A DNA stretch of 64,000 nucleotides from Candidatus Obscuribacteraceae bacterium (GTDB taxonomy: Bacteria; Cyanobacteriota; Vampirovibrionia; Obscuribacterales; Obscuribacteraceae), in contig JBGAHS010000009.1 of NCBI GenBank assembly GCA_044226015.1, positions 320,001 to 384,000 on the forward strand, written 5' to 3'. A program made the translations under genes and the position numbers. Each line of letters begins with the position of its first letter. The stretch's first letter is position 1. A model generated the notes under the pieces. The model saw only the letters and a program-made list of their open reading frames with translations, made no database searches and had not been told where the DNA came from. Positions 62,749-64,000 of the stretch are shown here, in pieces.

Positions 62749-64000
62749 AGTCCGATTCCTCTGTAGGTGAATCCGTGCGAGCTGAGTTCTTGCTGTGAAA
62801 GGAAATTTCTGCCGTCGATAATAAGCTTGTTTTTCATTGAGGAAGCAATTGCCTTCCAGTCAAGTCTGCTGAACTCAGCCCATTCTGTAACCAGCACCAG
62901 TGCATCAGCATCTTTTGCTAGAGAAACGGGAGAGTCGCAATACTCGAGGTTAAGTTCTGGATGTTGTGCTTTGCACGCATGAATTGCGACCGGGTCATAT
63001 GCTCTGACGTGCGCGCCCATTTTGCAAAGTGCGGCAGCTATGGTCAGGCTGGCAGCGTCACGAAGGTCATCAGTGTTCGGCTTGAATGACAGACCGAGCA
63101 ATCCAATTGTGCGACCCTTGATGATCTTCAACTCGTCCTGCAGCTTTTTGATGGCGACATGGCGTTGGTTCTTGTTCACGTTGATTGTGGCTTCAAGTAG
63201 CGGCGTAGGCGAACCATACTCGCGCGCAACTTCTATTAGCGCATGAACGTCCTTCCCGAAGCAACTTCCGCCCCAGCCGATGCCAGCGTTTAGAAATGCA
63301 GTTCCGATTCTTTTGTCGAGTCCTATTCCTCGAGCAACTTCACGTATGTCGGCTCCGACTCTTTCGCAGATGCCGGACATTTCATTGGCAAAGCTTATTT
63401 TCATTGCTAAAAAAGCATTTGCAGAGTATTTGATCATTTCTGCGGAAGCCAGGTCGGTCACCACGAATGGTACCATTCCGAAACCAGCCGGACGCGGTGC
63501 TGGCTCTGGAGCAGAAAATGTCTGCTCGACCAGAGGGCGGTAAAGCTCTTTCATGCGCTCGACAGCTTCAGGGTCTCCTGAGCCGACGACGACGCGGTCT
63601 GGGTAGAAAGTGTCATGCAAGGCGCTGCCTTCACGCAAAAATTCCGGGTTGCTGACTACGCTGAAGCTGACTGGCTCAGGTTTCGACGCTGCTGATGCAC
63701 CGGCTGGAACAGCTTGCATCGCTTGTGTGCCCTGACTTACCAGCATTTCAACCCAGTTGCCTGAACCGACTGGAACTGTCGATTTGTTGACAATGATTCT
63801 TTTCCTGCTGCTGTCGAGGCTCGAACCTATCGCCTTAGCGACCGCTACTACAGCTGACATATCAGGTTCGCCACTTGGCAATGGTGGGGTGCCAACGCAG
63901 ATAAATATAATCTCGGACTTCTTCACTCCTTCAGCGATACTGTCAGAAAAACTCAACAAACTAGTATTGCTATGCGTCTTCAGCAGTTCTGAGACGCCAG
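62745..64000 (-). CDS. ugd: UDP-glucose 6-dehydrogenase; partial, 5' end beyond the window
   Basis: [42 protein letters not shown]; frame stays open to the window edge. Confidence 0.95.
   Translation of the reverse strand, partial: GVSELLKTHSNTSLLSFSDSIAEGVKKSEIIFICVGTPPLPSGEPDMSAVVAVAKAIGSSLDSSRKRIIVNKSTVPVGSGNWVEMLVSQGTQAMQAVPAGASAASKPEPVSFSVVSNPEFLREGSALHDTFYPDRVVVGSGDPEAVERMKELYRPLVEQTFSAPEPAPRPAGFGMVPFVVTDLASAEMIKYSANAFLAMKISFANEMSGICERVGADIREVARGIGLDKRIGTAFLNAGIGWGGSCFGKDVHALIEVAREYGSPTPLLEATINVNKNQRHVAIKKLQDELKIIKGRTIGLLGLSFKPNTDDLRDAASLTIAAALCKMGAHVRAYDPVAIHACKAQHPELNLEYCDSPVSLAKDADALVLVTEWAEFSRLDWKAIASSMKNKLIIDGRNFLSQQELSSHGFTYRGIGL

Overview
64 kb of bacterial chromosome, most likely a non-photosynthetic cyanobacterial relative (Melainabacteria/Vampirovibrionia, Obscuribacterales-like). 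The taxonomy is judged by eye from 16S signatures and from the many TPR proteins and Hanks-type kinases. The window holds a cellulose-synthase locus with an apparently split BcsC, pdxS/pdxT, a three-gene operon of unexplained long helical proteins, a yehI/L/M/P/Q-like MoxR-VWA cassette lying between eutB and eutC-eutA, asnS, sdaA, three Ser/Thr kinase genes (one lacking the catalytic Asp), two degenerate CpaE/ParA-like proteins, a stand-alone 16S rRNA unit, a Met-rich TolC plus two-domain multicopper oxidase, and ugd/UDP-glucuronate decarboxylase. The best candidates for undescribed biology are: (1) a non-coding 12 x 43-bp array of helically phased inverted half-sites just upstream of an orphan AbiEi/DUF6088-like winged-helix gene; (2) an intergenic structured-RNA candidate with two covarying hairpins carrying CCUCCCUCCC loops; (3) a kinase/pseudokinase pair; (4) a cluster of candidate small RNAs with a shared promoter motif. 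All family calls come from motif recognition, not database searches.
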